64,000 nucleotides of DNA from Chrysomallon squamiferum (taxonomy: Eukaryota; Animalia; Mollusca): NCBI GenBank assembly GCA_012295275.1, contig CM022678.1, positions 8,246,001 to 8,310,000 on the forward strand. Reading direction: 5' to 3'. The notes beneath the pieces were generated by a model. That model was not told the origin of the DNA. It searched no databases and saw nothing but the letters and a program-made list of their open reading frames with translations. The position numbers and the translations under genes are program-made. Position 1 is the stretch's first letter. Every line of letters begins with the position of its first letter. Positions 40,573 through 55,329 of this stretch are shown one piece after another.

Positions 40573-41691
40573 CTGAAAACATAAAATATACGTAACATGC
40601 TAAGGCAATGGAGATACAATATTTAAATTAGCATATTTTTTTCCAAATCGTAGGTTTTCTCTCAAGCTTGGCGAAAAGCAAAGAAAAAACCTGTTATCTG
40701 TTTTATATTCTTGACATTTAAGTGATCTATTTTTTTTTTTTTTTTTTTTTTTTTTTAGGTACGAAAATTGTTATATGCTTGCACCGAAATATCATCACGA
40801 ACGTTTAAAGACTGTTAACCACGAGATGGTATAATTGTTGTGTCAGAAATAATGTTATACAATAGTACATAAACATAATATTAACAGAATACTTAATATA
40901 TTCATTAAGTATAAAGTCTTATCCTGCTGATTGATTACAATGGAGTCTTTTCAATGCTCTATCTATTTCTTCGGCTGTATTATAAGTGGATTTTTTACCA
41001 AACATATATTTAGCAGGATTTATATTCAGACTAAGCTGTTTGTAAATTCAGAATGGAAGTCCGCGGTTAAGATCCAAAGTCAATAAAACCAAATGCTGCA
41101 TTTTGTATATACACCGAATCGGGTTAGGTGTTTTTAATATTCTGTTTTGACAGTATGGCAGTAGACATTAACTGATATATTCACTAAATATGTGTTAGGG
41201 GAATTTTGAATAAAGACGTAACTGAAAATCTGAAAATAAAATGAAACAGGTAAAAATAACAAGTGAGCGTTGAAAAAAAAACAATATATATATATACACA
41301 TACAAAGAAAACGCTGAATAGATTATTAAATGGAACATTTAGACCTATCTTCCTTCAGTCTTCCGTGTGCTTTACAAATAACCCTGTATTTATTATTTAA
41401 TAACGATTTGAAGTGAAGTTCTGGTGCCCGATCCGTGAAAATAAACACCCAGGAAGGACAACTCTATTTGTTGTTTGCAGAAATAAACATGAAACAAATA
41501 TATATTCAGTACTGATAAAAAAAAAAAAAAAAAAAAAAGAACCCTACATTTGTGTATTTTTGAAATACGATAGCTTTATCAGATTTCATATATTTTAATT
41601 AGTTTTCAATTCTTTTTTTCGTAATGGACATTCTTAATATTTGTGATTGTATGTGGCTATTAAAATGCTAGACATAATGGGAATTGTCTTT

Positions 41692-41695
<4 letters not shown>

Positions 41696-41766
<71 letters not shown>
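41696..41766. repeat. (GA)n microsatellite
   Basis: Directly visible. Confidence 0.95.
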
Positions 41767-41770
<4 letters not shown>

Positions 41771-42344
41771 CGCGAAATTTGTTTACTTCAATTTACAACC
41801 AATATTTTGAGGATTACCTTAGCGTTTTTCCTTGCCTTATTTTCTAATTATATATATGAAAATCTTGTTCTGCGTGCAGGTTTAATGGCTGTTCTATAAT
41901 TTATCTCCCCTTTAGTTAACGTTGGCTTGTTATCACTTTCCTTCAAAATAAAACGCGCACTCTAATATCGCAAGGAAAAGGTTCATTTCACTGGGTTACT
42001 CTCACTAGCCTGATCCTCGGATAAAAGTAAATCAGGCAAACTATGCCGAATACATTTATATAATTTTATATATCTGTAGTTATGTTTTCATTTCTGTCTG
42101 CGTTTGTATTTATATGTATTCGTTTATTTACATTTATATATTGTTATCCATTTTTCTATCTTTATGTTTGTTCATCTGCATGTCTGTGCATTTGTAAATG
42201 TTATTCATGAGTCATGTTTATTCTAAGAATCAATGGTTTTGAATAAATATTAGATTCAAGTAAATATTATAGTACTGGAAAATCATATTGAAGCAAACGT
42301 GTATATATTACTGTAATGAAAACGAAATAAAAGTAGTTAAGATA

Positions 42345-42860
42345 ACTTACCTATAATGAAATGAAAATAAAAGTAGTTAAAATGACTTAATAGAAAACAC
42401 AACGAGAAATGAGTCACTGTGTGTCTATCGTTTATTTCTCAGTCAGATGTGTGTGTCTAGATCTGAAAACCTTGAAAAAAATTAACGTGCTAATCAGAGC
42501 AAGTTGTGAAGTACAGGTCAGCGGGCGTGTCCGTCGCAAGGGAACGTCCAGCACATCGGATCGTAACGAGTCGGTTCAGAGCAAGCTGTACTCGGTTTAT
42601 ATAAGACCCGTCTCAGATCAGTTACGCATGCGTCTAAGTGGACGTTTGGTTGTAACATGTTTTAACTGCTCACTATTGTTTCTTCTCTGAAAGTTTATTA
42701 CATAGTATATTGGTCATTGGTGATAGTACATCGGATTGTAAATTGTTTGTTTGTTCAGCTGATTGGTGATGTTGTGTAAGGTTTTAATTTATCCTTATGT
42801 TTATGCATTGAAGTGTATTGAGTGTCGCTCATCCTTGAGCGTTTTGCTACGCATATATTA
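42345..42860 (-). promoter_or_regulatory. TATA/first-exon module with a ~110 bp collapsed LINE remnant (42476-42585)
   Basis: TATATAAA at 42603-42596; AG|GTAAGT at 42350; insert shares aaaaattaacgtgctaatcagagcaag, acaggtcagcgggcgtgtccgtcgca and gcacatcggatcgt.acgagtcggt with 3228-3411. Confidence 0.55.
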
Positions 42861-43861
42861 ACTTTGCCACTATGCCTTAAATTGCTTAAAAATGTCCTCT
42901 TTATATTTGTTTTATTAATTCCTCAAGACAACGCAATTTTTTAGGATTATTACCATTGTCTTTTTTTTTTACAAATTAAAAAGAAAAAAGTTAAAATAAT
43001 GACAATAAATTAAATAAAAGTATCAGTTGCGTATTTTTGTTATTATATGATTGCACGCCAATTGTCATCACTTCTGCGCTGTTTTAAATTATATCATCAG
43101 TTGTCTCTTTTGTTTATCACACAAATGTTAATTAGTCGTATTCTCAGCTGAAAATCATTTTGAGTGTTATGGCTTCCGAAGTAGCGTTTATCATCAGATT
43201 TCGGTTAGATTACATGTTCCATTGTGTTTGTTTAATTGAAACGCGTGAATATTCTTGTAACATTTTATTTTAAACTTAGCATCAAATGACGCATTTGGAT
43301 ACATTTCGTTTCTTCTGTTTATATTTGTATAATGAAGAAGACGAACAGGCAGTCTACAAGATTATTATAAGTTAAATAAATAGTAATTTTAAATAGTCAA
43401 ATAGTCAATGCAGTAATAGCAATATGAAGCACCAGTAGTAGTAGTAGTGCAAATCGTTATAGTAAATACATAGCAGTGGTAGCAAGAAATAGCAGTAGAA
43501 TAGTAGTGCTACTAGTTAGTATGATTTTCTATTCCAGATTTGTTCTCTAGCGAACTAATTAAAAATACAATTTGTAATTAACTTTTCTTAAGCATTGTTT
43601 CTTACACAACATTACATTTCATGGTTACTTTTTCTCATTTATTTCACAAATTATCATCAATAATTTTTCAAACGTTTCTAAGAAAATTGGCACTTCGTGT
43701 GATATTTTAGATACCAGCGTGTTGGAAATATTTTCCACGAACTCAACATTTAAAACGCTTCTCACCACTATGTATCTTGATGTGACATTTTAGAACATCT
43801 CTTCGTGAGAAACATTTTGCACAAACTTCACAATTGAAAGGCTTCTCTCCAGTATGGACGG

Positions 43862-44557
43862 TCATTTTAAACTCGAACTCCGTGAGAAACATTTTACACG
43901 AACTGCGGATCTGGAACGCTTCTCACCCCTATGTGCCTTCATGTGATTTTTTAGGACATCTCTTCGTGAGAAACATTTTGCACAAATCTCACATTTAAAA
44001 TGCTTCTCTCCAGTATGCATCGCCATATGATACTTTAAACTCGAACTCCGTGAGAAACATTTTGCACAAACCTCACATTCAAAAGGTTTCTCTCCTGTAT
44101 GGATCTTCATATGATATTTCAAAGTCGAACGATCTGGGAAACGTCTTGAACAAACATCACATTCGAAAGGTTTCTCGCCAGTATGGATGTACATATGACG
44201 TTTCTTATAACTGTCTCGAGAGAAACATTTTGCACAAACCTCACATTTAAAAGGTTGTTCTCCAGTATGGGCCGTCATATGATATGTCAACGTCAAACGT
44301 TCTAGGAAACATCTTGAACAAACCTCACATTTGAAAGGTTTTTCTTTAGTATGGACTTTCATATGCCTTTTGAGATTCGAACTCTGTGCGAAACATTTGA
44401 CACAAAGTTCACATTTAAAAGGTTTCTGTCCAGTATGGATTCTTATATGATGTTCAACATGTATACGTTGTGAGAAACATTTTGCACAAACTTCACATTT
44501 AAAACGTTTTTTACCAGAATGGATGCTGAATAATTCTCCGTTACTGTGAGTTGCCAT
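43862..44557 (-). CDS. C2H2 zinc-finger protein, 7 intact fingers plus a degenerate tail
   Basis: 231-aa ORF; acceptor at 44844; dead fingers continue to ~43720. Confidence 0.88.
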   Translation of the reverse strand: MATHSNGELFSIHSGKKRFKCEVCAKCFSQRIHVEHHIRIHTGQKPFKCELCVKCFAQSSNLKRHMKVHTKEKPFKCEVCSRCFLERLTLTYHMTAHTGEQPFKCEVCAKCFSRDSYKKRHMYIHTGEKPFECDVCSRRFPDRSTLKYHMKIHTGEKPFECEVCAKCFSRSSSLKYHMAMHTGEKHFKCEICAKCFSRRDVLKNHMKAHRGEKRSRSAVRVKCFSRSSSLK

Positions 44558-45522
44558 ATTCTTGAAAATTCATTCCATAGAGTCATCACCTTTTATCTCT
44601 TTCTGTTTGCTGTAAACTATAATTATATCTTACAACAAAATTCCCAGATCAGATGTCACATGATATAAAATACAGAGTGAACCAACAGTACTCATTAGAA
44701 ATCTCCTTGACACATTAGTACTGTGTAAAGAAGATTTTTCTTAAAACAAAAGTTTCTAATATGACGGAATTATTTTTCCCACTTCGCGTTTTATTCTCTT
44801 TCATCAAGGTCCTGAATTCTGGTTCTTTCTTTCTTATTCATTTCTGAAAAAAATAAAATAGAAATAAGAAACTCATAAATGGACATGAAATATTTAAAGT
44901 AGCATATTTTATTCAAGTGTATAATTTGATACAATAGTTTCTATTTAATTACAAATTTATTTCATTCTACATTTTGAAAATCCTACGGTTACTTGCAATT
45001 TTTGACTAAGGCAAGAAGAAAATCTATCATCTTTTTCGTTTTGAATATACATAAATGATGCAGTAATATTTTCAGCTACGACAACAGTGAAGGCATGGGT
45101 TGCTATTTTTTTATTATTATTATTATTTGTATAACGTACTATTAAAAGAAACAGCAGATGATTTACAACACCAAATACGATCATTTGAATTAGATTGGGT
45201 AACCTGGAAGTTAGAACTTAATGCATCTAAGACAAAACCTGGTTATTGTTTTTCAATAAAATATTAATTGTTACTGGAGTCAAACACCTTTAGATTTGGA
45301 TTCTTCGTAAATATCAAGAAAAATTGAATTAACTAGGCTTTAGACAAGCTAAAAAATATGTAGAGAATTTAGTTTATATACTGACAGTCAGATTTATTTG
45401 CTATCTGTTAATGGCTATCACAAGCAGTTTGTAAATGTTATTCATGTGTCATGTTTATTACAAGAATCGATGATTTTAAATAAATGTTAGATAGGAGCTT
45501 GTTGGAAATATTTCGCACGAAC

Positions 45523-46347
45523 TCAACATTTAAAACGTTTCTCACCAGTATGGATCTTCATGTGACCTTTTAGAATATCGCTTCGTGAGAAACGTTTCGC
45601 ACAAACTTCACATTTGAAAGACTTCTCACCAGTATGGATCTTTATGTGAAGTTTGAGATTCCAAATCCGTGAAAAACGGTTTCCACAAACTTCACATTTA
45701 AAAGGTTTCTCTTCAGCATGGATATTCATATGATATTTTAAACTCAAACGTGAGAAGTATTTTCCACAAACTTCACATTTTAAAAATTTGTCATCAGTAT
45801 GGACCTTCATATGAAGTTTTAGAGCTGATCGTTTTGAAAAGGATTCTGAACAAACCTCACATTTAAAAGATTTCTCTCGAGCATGAATCTTTATATGATA
45901 TTTTAAACTCGAACGCTCTGTGAAACATTTTTCACAAACCTCACATTTGAAAGGTTTCTCTCCAGTATGGACGATCATGTGACATTTTAAACTCGAACGC
46001 TGTGAGAAACATTTTGCACAAACTTCACATTTAAAAGGTTTCTCTCCAGTGTGGACCTTCATATGACGTTTTACATTTCCATATGTGTTGAAACTTTTTT
46101 CACAAACCTCACATTTAAAAGTTTTCTCATCATTGTGATTCTTCATGTGTCTTTTTAGATTCGAACTCAGTGAGAAACATTTTGCACAAACTTCACATTT
46201 AAAGGGTTTCTCTCCAGTATGCATTCTTATATGATTTTTTACATACAGTGGTTGTGAAAAACATTTTGCACAAACTTCACATTTAAAAGGTTTTTTACCA
46301 GAATGGATGCTGAATAATTCTTCATTACTGTGAGTTCCCATCTTCAT
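45523..46347 (-). CDS. C2H2 zinc-finger protein, 9 fingers
   Basis: 274-aa ORF; finger 7 has a 1-aa deletion; acceptor at 46604. Confidence 0.9.
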   Translation of the reverse strand: MKMGTHSNEELFSIHSGKKPFKCEVCAKCFSQPLYVKNHIRMHTGEKPFKCEVCAKCFSLSSNLKRHMKNHNDEKTFKCEVCEKSFNTYGNVKRHMKVHTGEKPFKCEVCAKCFSQRSSLKCHMIVHTGEKPFKCEVCEKCFTERSSLKYHIKIHAREKSFKCEVCSESFSKRSALKLHMKVHTDDKFLKCEVCGKYFSRLSLKYHMNIHAEEKPFKCEVCGNRFSRIWNLKLHIKIHTGEKSFKCEVCAKRFSRSDILKGHMKIHTGEKRFKC

Positions 46348-47357
46348 TTTTTTAAATTCTTATTTGAAGAAAATTCATTGCATCACATTGTCTCTTTCTG
46401 TCTCTTGTAAACTTTATTTCGTTAGGTTACTATGACTACTATAATTATATCTTACTATAAAATTCCCAAATCAGACGTATTTTCAATGCAATGCGACATG
46501 ATATACAAGAGAGGGAAGGGAATCAGTCATTCATTCAGTAATTTCAGGGAATTATATTTCACGATTCATATTTTAATATCAGTTTCATCAATGGTGATCA
46601 TTTCTGAAAATATAAAATAGAAATAAGAAACTAAGCCATATGAAATCCTATTTTAAATTGGCATATTTTATTCAAATATAAAATTTTATACAACAGTTTC
46701 TATTTAATTATGGATTTTACTTATAAGACTCTACATACTAAAACTCCCATGTTTATCCTGTGCAGTTTTGGACTAAGGCAAGGAGAAAGTTTGTCATCGT
46801 TCTCGTTTTGATTATTCATAAATGATGCAGTAATATTTTCAGCTACGAAAATTGTAAAGGTATTCCATCAGAAACAGACTTTTTGTGAAAAACGTTAATC
46901 TTCATCAAGTTATTTATTTTGTTTTATGGCTATACCGTACTATTTTATGTATATATAAAAATAATAATAATAATAATAAAACAGCAGGTGATTTACAACA
47001 TGAACTGTGATGGCATGAAATACTTCGGGGAACCTGGAAGTTAAAAGTTAATGTACAAACACAAAAAGTATATCTATTGTTTTTCAAGAAGCAATTTTAA
47101 AGAAAAATCCCACTAAATTAGAAATTGTATCGTTTGTAAATACCAAAACATATTCAATAAACTGAACTTTATAAAAAAAATTAAGAATTAAAAATATATA
47201 TATTTACAGAATTTAGTTTATATATTGACAGTCATATTTGTTTTTAAAAGCACTACTTACTAATGAGTATTCATTGTTAAAAGAACAACTGATATTTTAA
47301 AATAAATTAAATAATATTGAATCAATATAATGAAATGAAAATAAAGTAGTTAAAATG

Positions 47358-47740
47358 ACTTACTAGAAAACACAACGAGAAATGAGTCACTGTGTCTCTT
47401 TCGTTTATTTCTCAGTCAGATGTGCGAGTCCAGATCTGATCTGTACTCGGTTTATATAAGACACAACACAGATCGGTTACGTATGCGTCTTAGTAGATGT
47501 TTGATGTTTTAACTGATCACCGTTTCTTGGTGTCGTAATAGTTTACGAACTTTCTGGCTTGTGTATTACATACTATATTGTTTATTGTTGTTGGTAGATC
47601 AGACTAAATTATTTGTTTGTTCAGCTGATTGATCATCTTGGCTGGTTTTAATTGAATATTATTTATCATTAGCAGGTGTTTTTTTTTTAAAGTGTAATGA
47701 GTGTCGTTCATTAGGGAGTGTTTTGTTACGAATATACTAC
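47358..47740 (-). promoter_or_regulatory. Uninterrupted TATA plus ~65-nt non-coding first exon plus GTAAGT donor (possibly LTR-derived)
   Basis: TATATAAA at 47458-47451; TGAGTCA at 47383-47389; GTAAGT donor at 47363-47358; 760 bp upstream of the acceptor at 46604. Confidence 0.55.
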
Positions 47741-48718
47741 GTTTGTCATTATGACAGCAATTTCTTTCCTAACTTGAATATAGAACGTTTGCCACTATCA
47801 CAATACATATAAAATCGCAAAAGTGATAATTGTAGCCCATTGAAATTTTAAAAATCTCCAATCAAAGCAGTGATGTGTAAAAGAAGACAAAGCGAGTGTA
47901 GTAGAACAATATTTTCTTCATTTTTTGTCTTCACTGAAGGCCGTAGAATACTTGAATTTTGATATAAGATATTCTTCATGTTTTCGATTAGATTTTCATC
48001 ATTTAATTAGATTGATATTGCAGGCGATTACTAAAGACTCGCGGAATAAAAATAATAATAATAAACTGTCTAAGTAATATTCAGTCCTTAAATACTCCAG
48101 TTTATTTTCAAGACTGTCTAATGTTTTAGAGTGTTACCCGAAACCCTTAAAACTGATTCCTTAATATGCGTATTGGTCTTTATGTCTATTATGTTTGTTT
48201 CTGTCTGTGTTTATCTTTGTATATGTTTATATATTAGTATTCAATACGAAATCTTCCTAAAATGAGTTTGTAGATAGGTGAAATCGCCGCATATTTTAAG
48301 TTGAACGAAATGCTGCTTAAGATGATTGTATCATTTAAACACGGCAAGATGTTCATTATTATCTTTGCTTTTAACATTTTATTTTGAAATTAGATTCAAA
48401 GGATGCCTTTGATTTTTTTCCCGTATTTCGCTGTTTTCTATATTTGTAAAATAAAGAAGACCTAGGTTCTCACAATGAACATGTAGTGTACAAGATTATC
48501 AGTTACTAAAAGACAGTCATTTGAAACAAGGTCTAGCTGCACACAAAATGTAGTAATAATATGTAGCAGTAGTAGTATTAGTGAAAATGCTTATAGTAAA
48601 TACACATATACATAAATACAAACACAAAACAAATACAAAAACAAATGTTAAAATAATACAGTAACAATAAAATGAATTGAAAGTTCGCATGACGTGTAAT
48701 ATCCACTGCCCTCATGTT

Positions 48719-48753
<35 letters not shown>

Positions 48754-48999
48754 ACTAGCAGCAACAGCAAAAGCAGTTGTAATACTGGTGCTACTAGAAG
48801 TAGTTAGTATGATTTTCTATTTCAAATTTGTTATCTAGCAAACTAATCAAAATTCGTATTCTTCATTAGCTTTTGTTAAATATTGTTTATTACAAGACAG
48901 TATATGTTATGGTTATGGTGATTATTTCAAAAATTATCATTTTTATATTGTTATTATCAGTCAAAACTCGGACTTGGTATGACAATTTAGATACCAGCT

Positions 49000-49633
<634 letters not shown>

Positions 49634-51199
49634 CTTAAAATATAAGATGAAAGTAACTGGTGGAGGAGGTAGAATATTTAAACTAACATATTTCATTTTG
49701 TACAACAGATTTTATTTAATTATAAATTTAATACATTTTTACACTCTACATTTTCAAAATCACGTTTTCTTTCAATTTTGGAGTAAGACAAGAAGATAAT
49801 TTGTCATCTTTCTCATTTTGATTATACATAAATGATGTAGTAGAAAATTGTGATGGTATTCCATCAGTAACACGAGCATTAATGAAAAACGTTAATGTCC
49901 GTTAAGTTATCTGTGTTTTTATGCTTATACAGCACTAAATATAAAAAAATAATAATAATAATAAAAAACACACAGAGAAAAACCCGGGTGATTTATAACA
50001 TCAGTGGACTGTTTTGAAATACATTGGGAAACCTGAAAGTTAAAACTGACCGCAGCTATGAAAAATACTATGGTTATTGGTTTTCAAAAGCCAATTTCCT
50101 AAGACTGATATATAATAATAAGGAAAACGACATTGTTACTGGAGTCAAAAACTTGGAATTGATTTACTTAGATCTGAATCCTTCGTACATACTAAGAAAG
50201 ATTCAATGAAGCTCTACAGTTTTCTGAACTAAAACGAGATATCGAGAAATTAGTTTATAAAGTGATTGACAACATTTTACTGTATGGGTGTGAAATTATG
50301 GGATTTTGATAACAATATATCAGAGAAAAAAAAAAAAACATTAATAATAATAATGAAACATTTTTGTTTTCTTTTTTAAAATGACATTCTCAATTTTGCT
50401 GTTTGTACGTGACTATAGAACTGCATGTTATAACAGACAGTAAAAGACATTACTGAATGTACGTAACTATGTGCTTCCTTAATGCTCTGCACTAACCTGC
50501 ATCTGTTATCTATTTACCATTTGCTATTCGACATTGTTTACTTATTGTAATTTTACTTATTGTAATATACACAGTAATATAACTACATATCACTCAGTAT
50601 TCATGGATTACAGCACACACGTTTATCTATCTACCAAGCAAATAACCTAACACTAGTTAGTACTTTTAGTGTTAGTAGTAGTCAGTAATTTTAGTGATAT
50701 TAGTGTTTGTAATGTTGATAGTATTTAGTAGTAGTTGGTATTTGTAGTGGTAGTAGTTACTAGCAGTAATGAAAGAGGTCCCAGCTCTCCTTCTGCTGTA
50801 GCAGTAATAAAAACGTTAGTTAAAATTAAATAATAAAAACACTGAAATGAGTTTTCATTTCTTTTCTCTTTTATTTGACAAATAATCAGTTCTGTATTAA
50901 GGTTTCATACCAAACATTGATTTTTATCTGACATACCAGTTGACTAAATCAGTTAATGTCAACTAATAATTATTTTATTAATAAGAAGGAGCAGTGGTCC
51001 AATGAGATAAATATATTCAATCTAAGCAAGTACAAAGCTAAGAAACATTTATGTTTCTACTTCATGTACCACACCTGCAGCATTAATGCTTTTCAGTCAC
51101 AAGATAGTATACGTTTTATTGCCCCTAATTAGCACTTACAACATTTTTCGAGACAAGACAAGAAGATTATTTCTCTACAGACTGCAATGCAAGAAAATA

Positions 51200-52370
51200 A
51201 ATGTTGAAATGTTCGAGAAAATAAATGTTGAAATGTTACTACATTTGGTCTAAGTGTATAATTATGTGATATATATTTACTTCTCTCAAAACAGAAAAGT
51301 GTACAGTAAAAAATATAGTGGAACTCACCACCAATATCAGAATTAAATAAAAGCTATATTCTGTCTTCCCTTTCAATATTAAACCATCTACCAAATGCCA
51401 TAGGAAGTTTGATATTACTTTTTCTATATTTACCCTTTCAGTTTTAAAACATCTACCAGATACCACAGGAAGTTTGATATTATTTGTTCTATATTTACCC
51501 TTTCAGTATTAAACCATCTACCAGATACCATAGGAAGTTTGATATTACTTGTTCTATATTTACCCTTTCAGTATTAAACCATCTACCAGATACCACAGGA
51601 AGTTTGATATTACTGGTTCTATATTTACATAATGCTCTAGCATTTTGGACTGGCAGCTGTAAAGATACTGTTCTAATATAAATTCAACTTTTAAGCATTC
51701 TGTTATAAATTCCTTTTGATCACTCAAGTTTATATCTATTCCATTTTTGTAAGAACTGACTGCAAAATTCTTTTAACAGCATGTTAAAATCAAAAGACAT
51801 TCACTTGCACATATAAATTTATGTTACCTAAACCACATTCATCCATTATAGCTTTTACCCAAGGATTTGATATATTATTTACATTAATAACAACATCTAC
51901 AACATACCAGACAATTTAAACTGTTTGCAGTCAACATATTACTTATATTTGCATATAAAGCCTTTCAATTATATCTAAATTAATAAAACCCCAGATTTCA
52001 CATCCATATAATATTTTAGGTTTTACAAACTTGTCTAACAAATGTAAGTGACAGTGAAGTAATAAACTGAATTCTCTACATTTTTTTTAACATAGCAAAC
52101 ACTGCATCTGAACATCAGCTGATTAAATCTTTTTTAGTATTCGAGGTTCCAGATTAACTTAAAATATGCAAACAGGTATTTAACCTCAAAAACAATTTCT
52201 ACTTCCATATTATTAGATATAAATCTAAATGTATTTGTTTTTAGATTGCCTCTGGGAAAAATCTTAGTTTTTTAAATCTAGTAGAACTACTCACTGCACT
52301 ACTGCTCACCAGTAAAGTGATAAACTTTATAAAAATACTGATAATCTATTAACACTAAATTAGGATATCA
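51200..52370 (-). mobile_element. RTE-X-like LINE 3' fragment
   Basis: Homologous to 34545-36725. Confidence 0.75.
51368..51627. repeat. 65-bp minisatellite, 4 copies
   Basis: Unit starts at 51368, 51433, 51498, 51563. Confidence 0.95.
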
Positions 52371-53908
52371 TACACATGTTAAGTTAAAACTATTACTATC
52401 TGAATTTATTCATGTTGTTTATCCTGACTATACAAATAATAACAACATAACCAAAAAGATTTCACCTTCAAACCTAGATTAATTTTCATAATTGAATCAT
52501 TCTGATTATGTTCTTTCATTTAATGTTATATTTGCTATAGCGGTAATTCCTCCAGCTTGACTAGAAGGAAATGTAGAAAATACAAGAACTGAGGCAAGCA
52601 ATCGTATCTGTACTATTACCAAGCAGATGTTTGAGACTATTATTTACATCCATCACTAACAAAGAATATCTTTTCTATTAATTTAGTAAAAGGAAATAAG
52701 AAAAATATGTACCATGCTTTAACAATTTTGAAGGCATTTGATTCAGGTATGAAAGTTGTAAAGATATCCAGTAAGACAAATTCTTGTGTAAGACCTTTAT
52801 CATATTATTGTACATCAAGTTATTTGCATTGCTAATTATTTAATAAAGAAATTATAACTCAAGCTAAATACCTTGAACTTGTCTGAAGTAAGTCTGGATC
52901 CTTTGTAAATACCAAGAAATATTTCATTCGTTGAACTTCAAACCCTGCTTCCTGTATTGAGAAAAGAAAAAGGTAGAGAATTTAATTTTTCAACTGATAA
53001 GATTGTAAATACATATATTACTGTATGGATGTCATCACATTACAAATGCTAGATTGCATTTATCTTTTTGTTTTACTAGATGAATGTGATTTATGTAACA
53101 TATATTCATGTACCAAAGTATGGTCAAACCATGCTGTTAAAAGAATATTATGTGATCCGTTCTTGCAAATATGGAATAATCACACATTTGAATGATCTGA
53201 AGTGTTAACTATGAGAAAACTGTCATTGAAACAACTGACCTGCTACATCTGTACGCTAAATAAAAACAATAGTGACAATGTTTTCAGTGGAGTAGTTTAT
53301 GCAGTCGACTTTTATTCTTGAACAAATATTTCTATTTATTTTCATTTGAAAAGTATTTAATTAGTTCTATGCTGTATTTAAGTAATAATAAAAACACAGC
53401 TATCGTTAAAAGAATTTACTATAAAAAAAAAAATCGATTATAGGTACACAACGTAAACAAAGAATACCACGTCACTATTTAACACAAAACGAACTAGCTT
53501 AATGTTTTGCGAAAAATTCTTACTACAGTTTACAGCAAATGTCTTCTAGATTACCTTATTTTGTGTTTAATTATTTCTTTCCGTCCGTTGATTTCCAAAA
53601 TTTACGTGAAACACGTTCTGTGTCTCGTCTTAATAGCAATTCCGTGGCTTATCTCCCCCTAACTCAACTTTGTACTCTATTAGATTTCCTTCAAAATAAA
53701 GCGCGCACTCAAATATCACAAAGAACAGCATTACTTCATTACTGACGCACTTCGACGGAACGGGAACAAAAATGAACCTGGCGAAATAGACCGAGCATTA
53801 CTGTATGTGTTAAATTATTTTTATAGTTTTTATTTTTATTGTTTAATTTTAATTTTATTACGATTATAGTTACATATACACAGAGACACATCCAGAGATA
53901 CATATATA

Positions 53909-54181
53909 TGTCTTCGGCAACGTAGTCTTCGACGTCGAGCAGAATCATCTCTGTCCTTATTACACTGTACACTGACATTAATGGATTTGTCCTGTATTTT
54001 ATATAAAAGAACCTCCCAGTTTCCGTATTCAGATTTCAACTATGCAATTCTTCATTTAAATTTAACATCACTTTAACATAGGTGATAGGACAAATCCATT
54101 AACGTCAGCGTACAGTATAGTAAGGTCAGCGTACAGTATAGATAAATCCTCTCTACCTGGAAGACCACGTGGCCGGAGACA
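53909..54181. repeat. Imperfect inverted repeat (arms ~87 and ~97 bp, spacer ~89 bp)
   Basis: tgacattaatggatttgtcct (53973-53993) pairs with aggacaaatccattaacgtca (54087-54107); tgtcttcggcaacgtagtcttc pairs with gaagaccacgtggccggagaca. Confidence 0.8.
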
Positions 54182-55329
54182 ACTCCATCACGAGATACTT
54201 CAGACAGGCGCTTGCTACTGAGTGCTAACTCTCGTCTAGAAAGAAAAACTTGCTTTATTTATCGACATAGTCATCCAACTGTTGTATAACGTCATTTAAA
54301 AGTTTGATAACTACACAGAAATTAGAAGAAACACGTGACTGCTGTCCAGTTGATCTGTGGCCTACCATTAGCGGCTAACGTTCTGTTCCATGCACGTCAC
54401 AGGACAAAAGCAGACGTCACAGCCGTAGATAAAACAAAAAACAGAAAACAACATGCAAAAGCTTTTCAAAAGAAAATTTTCAAATTGATGAATACAGGAT
54501 TTTTTTGATTTTTGATTTTCTTTTTGTTATTTTTATTTATTTATCTACTTTACTTGGTGGTAGATTTTAACATTTTCTAGAAGTAAATTTTATTTCTCTT
54601 TTGGAAATGCTTCCCATTCCTTAAGCTCCGTCTCTAGTTCTACATCATAACATCAAATGTCTCTTTTCTTTTCTAATAACTAATGTTAATTAACCCTATT
54701 GTCAACTGAAAATCATTTAACCTTCCTGAGTGTTATCGCCTCCGAAACCGCAGTTAGCATTAGATGTCGATAACATTATGTTAATAATAATCTTGTTACT
54801 TATAAAATACACGGCGATTTCGCCTGCGGTGAGTTAAACATCCTACGTTTATAAATGGCGCTCAGACAGTTTTGAAAAACTATTTTTTTATTGTCATTTT
54901 TAGTACTTTCATGGTATCTGCAAATTAAATTAAAAATACTGCTGATACCGTTAAACCAAAGCCTTCACGAAAGTAAAAAAAATAGTAATAAATTAAAAAA
55001 TGCACAGTAACAAACGATTATAGATTTACATCTTGAACAATTCTTGCTTGTATGACGAGTGGTACAACTTCCACCAGACATCAGTTATCTATGTGGATGT
55101 CCATACGTGACTAAATTTATATTTGACTGTAGAAGTCAACTTTCTTCTAGAGTTGTCATAAAAAACAAAACCCAGCCATCAATCAACCATTTTTCTTATT
55201 CGTAGTGATAGCAGTACATATTGTCACAACAGTCATGCTGGTACACCAGTAATAAAATGCTACTCAAAATTAAGGAATAATTAAGGCTTCTCTCCGTATG
55301 GGTCTTCATGTGACATTTTAAATTCACAC

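Noticed and set aside
40729-40760. Long poly-T plus AG as a plus-strand acceptor or retrocopy tail
   Set aside because: Paralogs have atattttcagctacgaaaattgt here, so it is a local T-run expansion.
41647-41899. RE-repeat protein ORFs
   Set aside because: Translation of the (GA)n microsatellite.
44050-44250. Plus-strand ORFs over ZF arrays (also 40085-40270)
   Set aside because: Antisense shadows of the 84-bp finger periodicity.
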